Counted from the stretch's first letter, positions 1 to 8,550 are shown. The stretch is DNA of 64,000 nt from an uncultured archaeon (GCA_964534045.1 CAZHNO010000003.1:37323-101322), one strand, 5' to 3'. Made by a program: numbers and translations. The notes: generated from the sequence alone by a model not told the origin.

Positions 1-181
1 AAATAATATAATAAAGTCCATGAACTATCCAATTAAATTCAAAATAAAAAAGTTCATCTGCAAGTGCATAAGGAACCATCATTAAAACTGGTAGAGATAA
101 CCAAAAAAATAACAAAAACCACATTGCTTTTTCTAAAGAAATCCATTCATACGCTGCATTAATTACTTGGTCATAATTCAT
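1..181 (-). CDS. Membrane protein, partial (runs off the window start)
   Basis: Manual translation from ATG at 181: MNYDQVINAAYEWISLEKAMWFLLFFWLSLPVLMMVPYALADELFYFEFNWIVHGLYYII; hydrophobic, no stop before position 1. Confidence 0.55.
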   Translation of the reverse strand, partial: MNYDQVINAAYEWISLEKAMWFLLFFWLSLPVLMMVPYALADELFYFEFNWIVHGLYYII

Positions 182-217
182 GTTAAAGATAAACACTTTC
201 TCATTTTTAAGCTTTTT

Positions 218-847
218 CTAATGCAAAACTTTGTCAATTTCTTGTCTCACTTGCAAAAAAACTTCACCAATTGGTTTATTAGCATCAATAATTTTAATGT
301 TTTCATTTGACAATTTTTTTGGTAAATCATTAAATAAAGTGCGTAAATTTTTTATAAAACCAAGTTGTCTAAACTGATCTGAACTTTTTCTTTTTTCATC
401 ATTTGCTGAATTCATTCTTTTATACGCTTCATCAGGAGAAACATCAAAAATTAAAGCTAAATTAGGTGCCAAAAAATCTTTATGCTTTGAAAAAACTTTT
501 TCAAAATTTGTTCCTTGGACTGTTTGATACGCAATTGAAGAATACTTATATCTGTCACACAAAATAACAAAGTTTTTTTCCAACGCAGGTTTAATTATTT
601 CATTAATATGCCAATCTCTATCCTTTGCAAATAATTCAAACAATTCATCTTTGAAATCATCACTTGTTTTTTGTTTCTTAAAAAGCTCTCTTATTTGCAA
701 ACCAAAGGGCCCTTGCGTTGGTTCATCAGTAATTAAAATATTATCATATTTTTTGCTTTTTTCAAAAATATATTCAAAGGATTTTTTTATTTGAGTGCCT
801 TTACCTGAACCCGGCAAACCATCAAAAACAATAAAAGTACCAGACAT
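218..847 (-). CDS. tmk: Thymidylate kinase family protein (paralog 1)
   Basis: N-terminal P-loop FDGLPGSGKGTQ, TDEP, and LCDRYKYSSIAYQ (DRY..S..AYQ) motifs. Confidence 0.85.
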   Translation of the reverse strand: MSGTFIVFDGLPGSGKGTQIKKSFEYIFEKSKKYDNILITDEPTQGPFGLQIRELFKKQKTSDDFKDELFELFAKDRDWHINEIIKPALEKNFVILCDRYKYSSIAYQTVQGTNFEKVFSKHKDFLAPNLALIFDVSPDEAYKRMNSANDEKRKSSDQFRQLGFIKNLRTLFNDLPKKLSNENIKIIDANKPIGEVFLQVRQEIDKVLH

Positions 848-910
848 ATGAAAATGATAACTAAACTAGTTTAAAACAATTTTGCTCAAAAATTATTGTG
901 AGAAGATATT

Positions 911-1219
911 ATGAAATTACCACCAATATTAAGGGCACTAAGCTTTAGAACAAAAATCAGAAAAAGAAAAAATGAAAATCCCGAAGTTAAAATGTTTAGA
1001 GCATTAGAAAGAATTGGGGCAAATTCAACAGAAATACAAAAAATTAATGGATTATATGTTCAAGCCAGAATGCGAGCAAACCAAAGAACACTAATGCAAG
1101 CAAAAGGAAAATTATGGGAAGATAAAAAAATGATTGAACTAAGCAGAGAAGCCGAATCCATACTTGGAAAAAAAAGAGCAGATAAGTTTTTCGCAATGTG
1201 TAATAATCCAAGATTTTAG
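911..1219 (+). CDS. Small basic hypothetical protein
   Basis: 102-aa ORF filling the gap between tmk and tRNA-Gly; resembles the ORF at 48848-49288. Confidence 0.65.
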   Translation: MKLPPILRALSFRTKIRKRKNENPEVKMFRALERIGANSTEIQKINGLYVQARMRANQRTLMQAKGKLWEDKKMIELSREAESILGKKRADKFFAMCNNPRF

Positions 1220-1365
1220 TTAAAAAGACAAGCTTTAAAAAAGAAACTTAAGAGAAGTTTTGTAAAGCTGATTACAAAGTAGTCAACTGAAAATTAATGC
1301 CAACCGTCCAGAAAAGTTCATCGAGCAAAGCGAAGATGGACTGCGTGTCGACGGAGCAAGCCGTC

Positions 1366-1516
1366 GCGTCCGTGATGTAATGGTAGCATAAAAGCCTTCC
1401 AGAGCCTTGTTAAGGCTCGCGAAAGAATTTGCCTATTGACAAGCAATAGGTAGAAAGCGAGTTTAAACAATTGCTGATGTTAGCTTTTTGTCGGGGTTCA
1501 AATCCCCGCGGGCGCA
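1366..1516 (+). tRNA. tRNA-Gly(TCC) with 80-nt intron at 37/38 (intron 1402-1481)
   Basis: Acceptor GCGTCCG/CGGGCGC+A, D-arm ATGT-AATGGT-AGCAT, anticodon stem AAAGC/GCTTT with CT-TCC-A^A, T-arm CGGGG-TTCAAAT-CCCCG; junctions form a bulge-helix-bulge with one U-U mismatch. Confidence 0.93.
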
Positions 1517-1522
1517 CTTAAA

Positions 1523-1650
1523 CAATTTGGGAATGCAAAACCTTTTTCAAAGAGTTCGCAAGCGAAGCATTCAATTTAGGAATGCAAAACCTTTTTCAAA
1601 GAGTTCGCAAGCGAAGCATTCAATTTAGGAATGCAAAACCTTTTTCAAAG
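1523..1650 (+). repeat. 49-bp tandem repeat, about 2.6 copies
   Basis: Unit CAATTTAGGAATGCAAAACCTTTTTCAAAGAGTTCGCAAGCGAAGCATT starting at 1523, 1572, 1621 (one substitution in copy 1). Confidence 0.95.
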
Positions 1651-1712
1651 GGTTTGCGGGTTAAACTACCCGCGAGCGCATATTAAAAAAACATTCAATA
1701 AACTAATTCTTT

Positions 1713-2003
1713 ATGAAAAAAAACAATAAAATTACTCTAGAAAGAATAAATAGACTATTTGAGCTTGCGGAAGAAATGAACAAATCTAAACGAGAAGATA
1801 AAAATAAACTTGTTAAAAGATATTTATCTTTGGCAAAAAGAATTGGCGAAAAAAATACTACCCCCATTCCAAAAGAAATGAAAAAAAAGTTTTGTAAAAA
1901 ATGCTTTTCAATGAATGTCATTGGAAAAGGAGAAAAACCATTTTTTGTTGTTGAGTGTAAAGATTGTGAATTTGTAAAAAAATACTCTTTAGAAAACAAA
2001 TAA
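1713..2003 (+). CDS. rnp4: Ribonuclease P protein component 4 (Rpp21/Rpr2)
   Basis: ERINRLFELA...RY..LA.RI helix pair and FCKKC...CKDC zinc ribbon; usual position upstream of rps19e. Confidence 0.85.
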   Translation: MKKNNKITLERINRLFELAEEMNKSKREDKNKLVKRYLSLAKRIGEKNTTPIPKEMKKKFCKKCFSMNVIGKGEKPFFVVECKDCEFVKKYSLENK

Positions 2004-2031
2004 AAACAAGTAAAATTAATATTGATATGCT

Positions 2032-2958
2032 ATGAACAATAAAGGACAAGGCGCAATTGAATATTTACTAATTATTGGCGCAGCAATACTGGTTGTTGCA
2101 ATTGTTGTAGTAACAATGACAGGAATAGTTGGAACTGGTGGAGAAAACGTTGGAGATGAACAAGTAGCTGCAACATATAATCCTTTATTAGAAGCAAAAG
2201 CAAATGCAGAAAACAAATACTTCATACCAATAGGAACTAGTGAATATTATACATACACTGGAAGCGGAACAACACTTGGAAATCTTGCTACACTTGGAGA
2301 AAATATAATTGTTTGTATTGAAGATTATTGTAATAATAATTACCCAGACACTAGTATAAACTCACTAAATATTGTGAAAATAACGGCGAGTGGTGGACAT
2401 GGAACCCTACAAAAAAATAACTTAGAAGAAATAGACCCGCTAGAAAATAAAATGAGTCAAGCAGAAATTGATTTGCGAATAACAAGAGGAGAAATACCAA
2501 TTACTGAAAGCACAACCACTTTTATCAAAGGAGCAACATACTTTTTAACTCAAAATGAATCAAGAAATTTTAATTTGACACTTAGTAATTATGGCACAGC
2601 AACAACAACAATTGATTGTGCGGGACGAAAAATTCATTCATTTAATGGGGTTGCAGTAAATATTAACTCTTCATATATTACAATAAAAAATTGTGTAATC
2701 ACTGAAAACACATTGGGAATTGACATACAATATAATATTAACAACATAAATTTAGAAAATGTTCAAATTAGTTCAAATGAACAAGGCAATCGAATGAGTT
2801 ATACATCCAGTGCAAATTATAACAATGTAAGAATCTGCAATAATTTAAGTTATAACCTTTATTGCTCTGCCCCCGCAGTTCTTACTGGTTCAATCACAAC
2901 TTCTACCCCACAGTCCCCTTGTAATATTAGTGCTTTAACAATAACCCCCTGCCCTTAA
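2032..2958 (+). CDS. Class III signal peptide (type IV pilin-like) protein with beta-helix-like C-terminal region
   Basis: MNNKGQ/GAIEYLLIIGAAILVVAIVV prepilin cleavage motif; Asn/Ile-rich periodic C-terminus (ITIKNCVI, INLENVQI). Confidence 0.85.
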   Translation: MNNKGQGAIEYLLIIGAAILVVAIVVVTMTGIVGTGGENVGDEQVAATYNPLLEAKANAENKYFIPIGTSEYYTYTGSGTTLGNLATLGENIIVCIEDYCNNNYPDTSINSLNIVKITASGGHGTLQKNNLEEIDPLENKMSQAEIDLRITRGEIPITESTTTFIKGATYFLTQNESRNFNLTLSNYGTATTTIDCAGRKIHSFNGVAVNINSSYITIKNCVITENTLGIDIQYNINNINLENVQISSNEQGNRMSYTSSANYNNVRICNNLSYNLYCSAPAVLTGSITTSTPQSPCNISALTITPCP

Positions 2959-3060
2959 AACATTCATTTATAAAGGTTTTTTGAAGGGAAATTAGTATTG
3001 GTGAGCAAATTGTTCTCTGAACGGCAGTTCGGATTGAGCATTTAACACTGAAAAAAGGTG

Positions 3061-3639
3061 ATGATATTGGGAATATATGACGTGCCTTCAAAGCACTTGA
3101 TAGAGGAAGCTGCTGAACAACTAAAAGCAGAAATACAAGAACCAGATTTTACAAAATATGTAAAAAGTGGAGTACATAAAGAAAGAGCACCACAAAGAAC
3201 TGACTGGTTTTATGTGAGAATGGGAAGTATTCTTTACAGAGCATATAAATGGAATGTTATTGGAACAAACCATTTGAGAACTTATTATGGTGGAAGAAAA
3301 AGAAGAGGAGTAAAAACTGAACACCAAAGAAAAGCAAGTGGAAAAGTAATTAGAACAGCAGTACAAAAATTAGAACAAGCAGGATATTTAGAAAGAGCAA
3401 AACCAAAAGGAAGAAAATTATCAGGAAAAGGACAAAAATTTTTAAATGAAATTTCTAAAATTGTTGCAAAAAATATGCAAGAAGGAAAATACACTAAAAA
3501 AGCAAAAATTAGAAAAGATGATGCACAATCACAAAAAGTAAAAGAAGAATTAAGGAAACAAGAAAGTGAAAAAAAACAACATGACAAACCAAAAGACAAA
3601 CAAAAACCACACAAAGAAAAAAAAGGTGATGCTGAATGA
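3061..3639 (+). CDS. rps19e: 30S ribosomal protein S19e with Lys-rich C-terminal extension
   Basis: YVKSGVHKERAPQRTDWFYVRMGSILYR, LRTYYGGRKRRG, SGKVIRTAVQKLE motifs. Confidence 0.95.
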   Translation: MILGIYDVPSKHLIEEAAEQLKAEIQEPDFTKYVKSGVHKERAPQRTDWFYVRMGSILYRAYKWNVIGTNHLRTYYGGRKRRGVKTEHQRKASGKVIRTAVQKLEQAGYLERAKPKGRKLSGKGQKFLNEISKIVAKNMQEGKYTKKAKIRKDDAQSQKVKEELRKQESEKKQHDKPKDKQKPHKEKKGDAE

Positions 3640-3863
3640 GTAGAAATAAAGACAAAGAATTCAAAGATTTTCAAATAAGTGAAAGAAAAAAAATTGGTTC
3701 GGGTTTAACAAGCGCACCAGTTTGGTTAATGCAAAAAGCTGGAAAGAGATTATGGAATTCAAGACAAAAAAGAACCTGGAAAAATATTGGCATTGGAGAC
3801 AGATTCAAAAAACATGAAACAAAACAAGGAAAAATAAGAATAAAAAGTGGAGATCATAAGTAG
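3636..3863 (+). CDS. rpl39e: 50S ribosomal protein L39e (extended)
   Basis: MSRNK...APVW...KR.W pattern; ATGA overlap with rps19e and position before rpl31e. Confidence 0.75.
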   Translation: MSRNKDKEFKDFQISERKKIGSGLTSAPVWLMQKAGKRLWNSRQKRTWKNIGIGDRFKKHETKQGKIRIKSGDHK

Positions 3864-3873
3864 GTGAGGAAAA

Positions 3874-4299
3874 ATGGTTAAAGAATTTAAAGAAAAAATA
3901 ATTACAATAAGCATGAAAAAAAATTTTGGAAAACCAGCAACAAAAAAATCAAAAGCTGCGTTACATTTGATAAAAGAAGCAGTTAGAAAAGAAACAAGAG
4001 CAATTGAAGTTAAATTAAGTAATGGAATAAACGAAAAAATATGGGAGAGGGGAATGTTCAAAACAGTAAAAAAAATAACTGTAAAAGTTATCCCTGAAGG
4101 AAAGAATGTTCGCGTTTATTTACCTGAAGAAAAAATCATTGTTAAAAAAGAAGAAACAAAAAAGAAAGGATTAAAGGAAAAAGCAGAAGAAGCAAAAGCA
4201 CAATTGGAAGGAAAATCAAAAACTTCTGAAAAAAAAGAAAATTTAAAAACAGAAAATAAAAATGAAGAAAAAAATGTTGAAGAAAAGGCAAAACAATAA
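3874..4299 (+). CDS. rpl31e: 50S ribosomal protein L31e with K/E-rich tail
   Basis: VKLSNGINEKIWERG...KKITVKV motif; conserved operon position. Confidence 0.85.
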   Translation: MVKEFKEKIITISMKKNFGKPATKKSKAALHLIKEAVRKETRAIEVKLSNGINEKIWERGMFKTVKKITVKVIPEGKNVRVYLPEEKIIVKKEETKKKGLKEKAEEAKAQLEGKSKTSEKKENLKTENKNEEKNVEEKAKQ

Positions 4300-4318
4300 A
4301 GCCTTTTCTAGAATTTTT

Positions 4319-4981
4319 ATGAATATTAAAAAAACAAAAATACTTGGTTCTACTTACATTGGTTTGTTTGCAATAACAAACGATAACCTATGCTTTGCCC
4401 CAAAATCTATTGAAGAAAAAGCAAGCAAACTTATTGAAGATACATTAGATGTAAAATTAGTAAGAACAAATATTTATGATTCTTCATTGTTAGCAGTATT
4501 TGGAAAAATGAATAATAAAAAAATATTTTTGCCAAGTTTTGTTTCAAACCGAGAAATTGAAACAATTGAAAAAGAAATAAAGGTAGAAATATTGAGCACA
4601 GAACATGCACTTGGAAACTTGATTGAAATAAATGACACTCATGCAATATTGTCAAAAACCCTAAGTCCAAAAGAAATAAATGTATTTGAAAAAGAAAAAC
4701 TTAAGATAATTCAAACAAATATTGCAAAAACTGATGCTGTTGGTTCAGCAATAGTAATAACAAACAAAGGATTTGTAATTAATCCAAATGCAACAGAAGA
4801 AGAAGTTAAAAATATTCAGGAATTATTAAATATTAAAGGTGGAGCATCAACTGCAAACACAGGGGATAAATTAATAAGAAATTCAATTATAGCTAATTCA
4901 AAAGGAGCAATAGTTGGAGAACTAACAACTGGACACGAAATGAATAGAATTGATGAAGCATTAAGTGATGAGGGGAGATAA
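4319..4981 (+). CDS. eif6: Translation initiation factor 6 (aIF6)
   Basis: IGLFAITND, GNLIEIND, VGSAIVITNKG.V.NP, IANSKGAIVG..TTGHE..RI repeats; start reassigned to ATG 4319. Confidence 0.95.
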   Translation: MNIKKTKILGSTYIGLFAITNDNLCFAPKSIEEKASKLIEDTLDVKLVRTNIYDSSLLAVFGKMNNKKIFLPSFVSNREIETIEKEIKVEILSTEHALGNLIEINDTHAILSKTLSPKEINVFEKEKLKIIQTNIAKTDAVGSAIVITNKGFVINPNATEEEVKNIQELLNIKGGASTANTGDKLIRNSIIANSKGAIVGELTTGHEMNRIDEALSDEGR

Positions 4982-4984
4982 AAA

Positions 4985-5168
4985 ATGAAAAAATTTGAAA
5001 TAATTGGAATATTCAAAAAACATGGAATTGAACATAAATACACAAAAATAATAGAAGCAGAAAATGAAGAACAAGCAAAAGAAAAAAAATTATTCGCTTT
5101 TTGGTGGGAATCAAAAAATTCCAAGGAGAAACATAACAATTGAAACACTAAAGGAGGCTAAAAAATGA
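4985..5168 (+). pseudogene. rplX: 50S ribosomal protein LX (L18a/L20a) interrupted by one extra A in an A8 run (5082-5089); may be a sequencing error
   Basis: Frame 0 MKKFEIIGIFKKHGIEHKYTKIIEAENEEQAKEK then +1 frame YSLFGGNQKIPRRNITIETLKEAKK*, whose TGA (5166-5168) overlaps the pfdA ATG; conserved eif6-rplX-pfdA order. Confidence 0.85.
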
Positions 5169-5593
5169 AACAAACATTTTCAGAAAATCAAATAATTCAA
5201 ATGGCACAACAAGAAGAAGGCATGTTACAAAGCAGAGAAAGATTTTACTCTGATTTACAAAATGTTTTAAGAGAAACACATTTGAGTATTGAATCACTAA
5301 AAGAAATACAAAAAAAACCAGAGACAATAATGGTTAAAGTTGGCCCAGGGGTTATAGTTGAAGCTGAAATAAAAAATACTAAAAAATGCAAAAGAGCATT
5401 TGCAGAAAATGGTTATTTAGAAGAAGAAATTACAGAAACAATTAAATGGCTTGAAGGAAAAAAAACAAACCTAGAAGCACAAGCAAAAAATGTTGCACAA
5501 GACATTTTTAAATCAAAGCAAAGATTAAGCGAGTTAATTGGAATAATAAAACAAATAGAAGCAGAAAAACAAAAAAATATTAGTGTGAAATAA
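5165..5593 (+). CDS. pfdA: Prefoldin alpha subunit
   Basis: Coiled coil-beta hairpin (IMVKVGPGVIVEAE)-coiled coil; precedes ftsY. Confidence 0.85.
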   Translation: MKQTFSENQIIQMAQQEEGMLQSRERFYSDLQNVLRETHLSIESLKEIQKKPETIMVKVGPGVIVEAEIKNTKKCKRAFAENGYLEEEITETIKWLEGKKTNLEAQAKNVAQDIFKSKQRLSELIGIIKQIEAEKQKNISVK

Positions 5594-5594
5594 A

Positions 5595-6986
5595 ATGTTT
5601 GGATTACTTAAAAAAAAACTAAGCAATTTCGGAGAAAGACTAAAACATAATTTAGATAAGAAAGAAATTGAAAAAGAAACAAAAACTAAAGAAAATGAAA
5701 TCTCTTCTGAAGAAATTACCCCTAAAAAAGAAATTATTTTAGAAAAAGAACCAATACTTGAGAAAGAATTTATTTCAAAAGAAAAAGAGTTGCCAAAAAA
5801 AACTATTTCTAAAGAAGATCAAGTTTTTGAAGAAATAAAAAAAGAAATTGAAAAAGAAGATGCTTCTTTACTTGAAGAAACCCCTAGTGAAAAAGAGATT
5901 GAAGAAGAATTTCAAAAATATGCAACCGAAGAAAAAAATAAAGAAAAAGAAATTCCAATTGACGAAAATATCGATGATGAATTTGAAAAAGAAATTTCTA
6001 AAGAAGAAAGTGGGGAAGATTTAGAAAAAAATTTGGTTGAGCAAGTAATTGAAAGAGAAAAAATTGAAATAAAAAAAGTTGATGAAGATAAAAGGGAATT
6101 AAAAGCAAAAATAGGCGCCGGTGGAAAAATAAAAGGTTTCTTTTCTGGAAAAGTTGAAATAAAAGAAAATGATATTGAAACATTAATTTGGGAATTAGAA
6201 TTAAGTTTAATTGAAAGTGATGTTGAACAAGATACTGCAAGAGAAATAACTCAACAAATAAAAAAAAGGATGGTGGGACAAAAAATTGCTTTAAAAAATT
6301 TAAATGATTTTTTGAAACAACAAATAAAAGAAATATTAAGCGAAATGATGAAAACAGAAAAAATAAATGTTTTAGAAGAAATAAAGAAAAATGAAAAACC
6401 TTATACAATATTATTAATTGGGCCAAATGGCGCTGGAAAAACAACATCTATTGCAAAACTAACACAATACTTTAAAAAAAATAAATTGAGCTGTGTATGG
6501 GCGGCTGCTGATACTTTTAGAAGTGGAGCAATAGATCAATTACAAGAGCATGCTGATAAACTAGAAACTAAAATTATTAAACAACAATATGGAGCTGATC
6601 CTGCTGCTGTTGCTTTTGATGCAATAAAAAGTGCAAAAGCCAATGGAAATGATGTTGTGTTAATTGACTCTGCAGGAAGACAAGAAACAAACAAAAACTT
6701 AATGGAAGAATTAAAAAAAATTGAAAGAGTTGCAAAACCTAATTTAAAAATTTATGTTGGGGAAGCATACACTGGACAAGGATTATTAGATATGGCAAAA
6801 GAATTTGATGAAATGATTGGAATTGATGGTTTTATTCTAACAAAAATTGATACTGATGCGAAGGGTGGAACAACAATTTCTCTACTTTACAAATTGAAAA
6901 AGCCAATTATTTTCATTGGAACTGGACAGAATTATGAAGATTTTGAAGAATTTGATAGTGAATTTATCCTAAATAGGATAATTTAA
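5595..6986 (+). CDS. ftsY: SRP receptor FtsY with long acidic N-terminal region
   Basis: GPNGAGKTTSIAK, DTFRSGAIDQL, DSAGRQ, TKIDTDAKGG SRP-GTPase motifs. Confidence 0.97.
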   Translation: MFGLLKKKLSNFGERLKHNLDKKEIEKETKTKENEISSEEITPKKEIILEKEPILEKEFISKEKELPKKTISKEDQVFEEIKKEIEKEDASLLEETPSEKEIEEEFQKYATEEKNKEKEIPIDENIDDEFEKEISKEESGEDLEKNLVEQVIEREKIEIKKVDEDKRELKAKIGAGGKIKGFFSGKVEIKENDIETLIWELELSLIESDVEQDTAREITQQIKKRMVGQKIALKNLNDFLKQQIKEILSEMMKTEKINVLEEIKKNEKPYTILLIGPNGAGKTTSIAKLTQYFKKNKLSCVWAAADTFRSGAIDQLQEHADKLETKIIKQQYGADPAAVAFDAIKSAKANGNDVVLIDSAGRQETNKNLMEELKKIERVAKPNLKIYVGEAYTGQGLLDMAKEFDEMIGIDGFILTKIDTDAKGGTTISLLYKLKKPIIFIGTGQNYEDFEEFDSEFILNRII

Positions 6987-7005
6987 AATATTTAAAAAAA
7001 GAATA

Positions 7006-7467
7006 ATGTTTATGCAAGAATTAGAACAATCAATAAAAAATGAATTAGATTTACTAGAACGAGAATTTGATTTATTTGTAAAAGATAAAGGTTGGAAGTC
7101 AACTTCACAAGCAACAATTTTTTTAAGACAGCTTAGAATATTTTTTGAAGAAAAACAAGCAATCCGTGAAAAAATATTGTCAAAAACAATATTGCATGGT
7201 TCTGATTGTTTAACTCAATCTAATTTAGCAAAAATTCTTGGAAAGAGAAAAGGATTAAATTTTTGGGTTGCTGCCCCCAAAAGTATAAAAAAGCCTTTAC
7301 ATGCAATTGTAGCATACAAAGATTCTAATGGTGAAACAAAATTTTTTAACATAGCAGGAAAATCAAAATATTCTAAGGGCAAGATAATTTCTCAAAGAGA
7401 GAATTTAATTAGATTAAGACCAACCAAACCAATAATAAAACTTGCAAACAAAATGCGAAAAAGATAA
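7006..7467 (+). CDS. Basic hypothetical protein
   Basis: 153-aa ORF directly after ftsY, abutting the htpX stop; no recognised motif. Confidence 0.6.
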   Translation: MFMQELEQSIKNELDLLEREFDLFVKDKGWKSTSQATIFLRQLRIFFEEKQAIREKILSKTILHGSDCLTQSNLAKILGKRKGLNFWVAAPKSIKKPLHAIVAYKDSNGETKFFNIAGKSKYSKGKIISQRENLIRLRPTKPIIKLANKMRKR

Positions 7468-8388
7468 TCAAATTTGCGAACTTCCAACCAATGCTTTTAT
7501 TCGTTCATCTATTGGTGGGTGTGTACTAAATAAAGATTTCATTAGTAATTTTTGGCCTTTCAAAGGGTTAGCAATGTATAAATGAGCTGTTGCTTTGTTT
7601 GCTGCTTCTAAAGGTTCCGTGTCTTTTGCAATTGTTGCAAGAGCAGAAGCTAAACCTTGTGGATTACGAGTAATTTCTACAGCGCTCGCATCGGCAGAAA
7701 ATTCTCTTTTTCTAGAAATTGCAAAAGTAATCATTCGAGCAATAATTGGTGTTAAAATTGCTAACAAAATTGAAACAACAATTACAACAACTATCAAACC
7801 ACCTGAATCTTTTGAATTAGAGTTTCTAAAACCACCATAAATAAACATTCTAAACATAAAATCAGAAAGTAAAACAGCAATTCCAACTAGCACAGTTGCA
7901 ATTGTCATTGTTCTAACATCATAATTTTTTATATGAGATAATTCATGAGCAATTACTCCTTGTAATTGTTCTCTATTTAATCTTGTAAGACAACCAGTGG
8001 TTACACAAACAACTGCGTGCTGTGGATCTCGCCCAGTAGCAAAGGCATTTATTGCCGAATCATCAATGATAAACACTTTTGGTTTTGGCAAGCCTGCAGC
8101 TAAACATAATTCTTCTACAATATTGTGGAGTTGTTTATATTGTTCAATTGAAGCTTCTTTTGCTCCAGAAATTGCTGTAACAATTTTGTCAGATTCATAA
8201 TATGATGCAACTGCAAAAATTATTGAAAGAATACCAAAAATTGAGAAAATAAAAATAAAACCTATTCCAAAAGCAAATTCTAAAACAAATGAAATAATAT
8301 ATGCAAGAAAACCAATCAATAAAAAGAACATTAAGAAAAGCAAATAAGTCATCTTTTTGTTGTGAGAAATTTGTGAGTAAAAATCCAT
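7468..8388 (-). CDS. htpX: Membrane zinc metalloprotease HtpX (M48)
   Basis: NAFATG, HELSH, SRKREFSADA, STHPPIDERI motifs with TM helices. Confidence 0.95.
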   Translation of the reverse strand: MDFYSQISHNKKMTYLLFLMFFLLIGFLAYIISFVLEFAFGIGFIFIFSIFGILSIIFAVASYYESDKIVTAISGAKEASIEQYKQLHNIVEELCLAAGLPKPKVFIIDDSAINAFATGRDPQHAVVCVTTGCLTRLNREQLQGVIAHELSHIKNYDVRTMTIATVLVGIAVLLSDFMFRMFIYGGFRNSNSKDSGGLIVVVIVVSILLAILTPIIARMITFAISRKREFSADASAVEITRNPQGLASALATIAKDTEPLEAANKATAHLYIANPLKGQKLLMKSLFSTHPPIDERIKALVGSSQI

Positions 8389-8494
8389 TCAAAACACCTA
8401 ACAAAAATAAATACAAAACAATTAATAAATAAATTCAAACTACTTAAATTTTTAAAATACAAACAATAAAATTAAAATTTAAAAAAAATGGAAA

Positions 8495-8550
8495 AGACTT
8501 GTCTGCGAAGCCTCGCACCCGCCGGGCGATGACGGCGTTATGACAAGTCT
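8495..8550. other. GC-rich structured element bounded by 9-bp inverted repeats
   Basis: AGACTTGTC (8495-8503) / GACAAGTCT (8542-8550) enclosing TGCGA-AGCC-TCGCA hairpin; overlaps the lemA stop. Confidence 0.6.

Noticed and set aside
1523-1650. CRISPR array
   Set aside because: Units are head-to-tail with no unique spacers, and no cas genes are in the window
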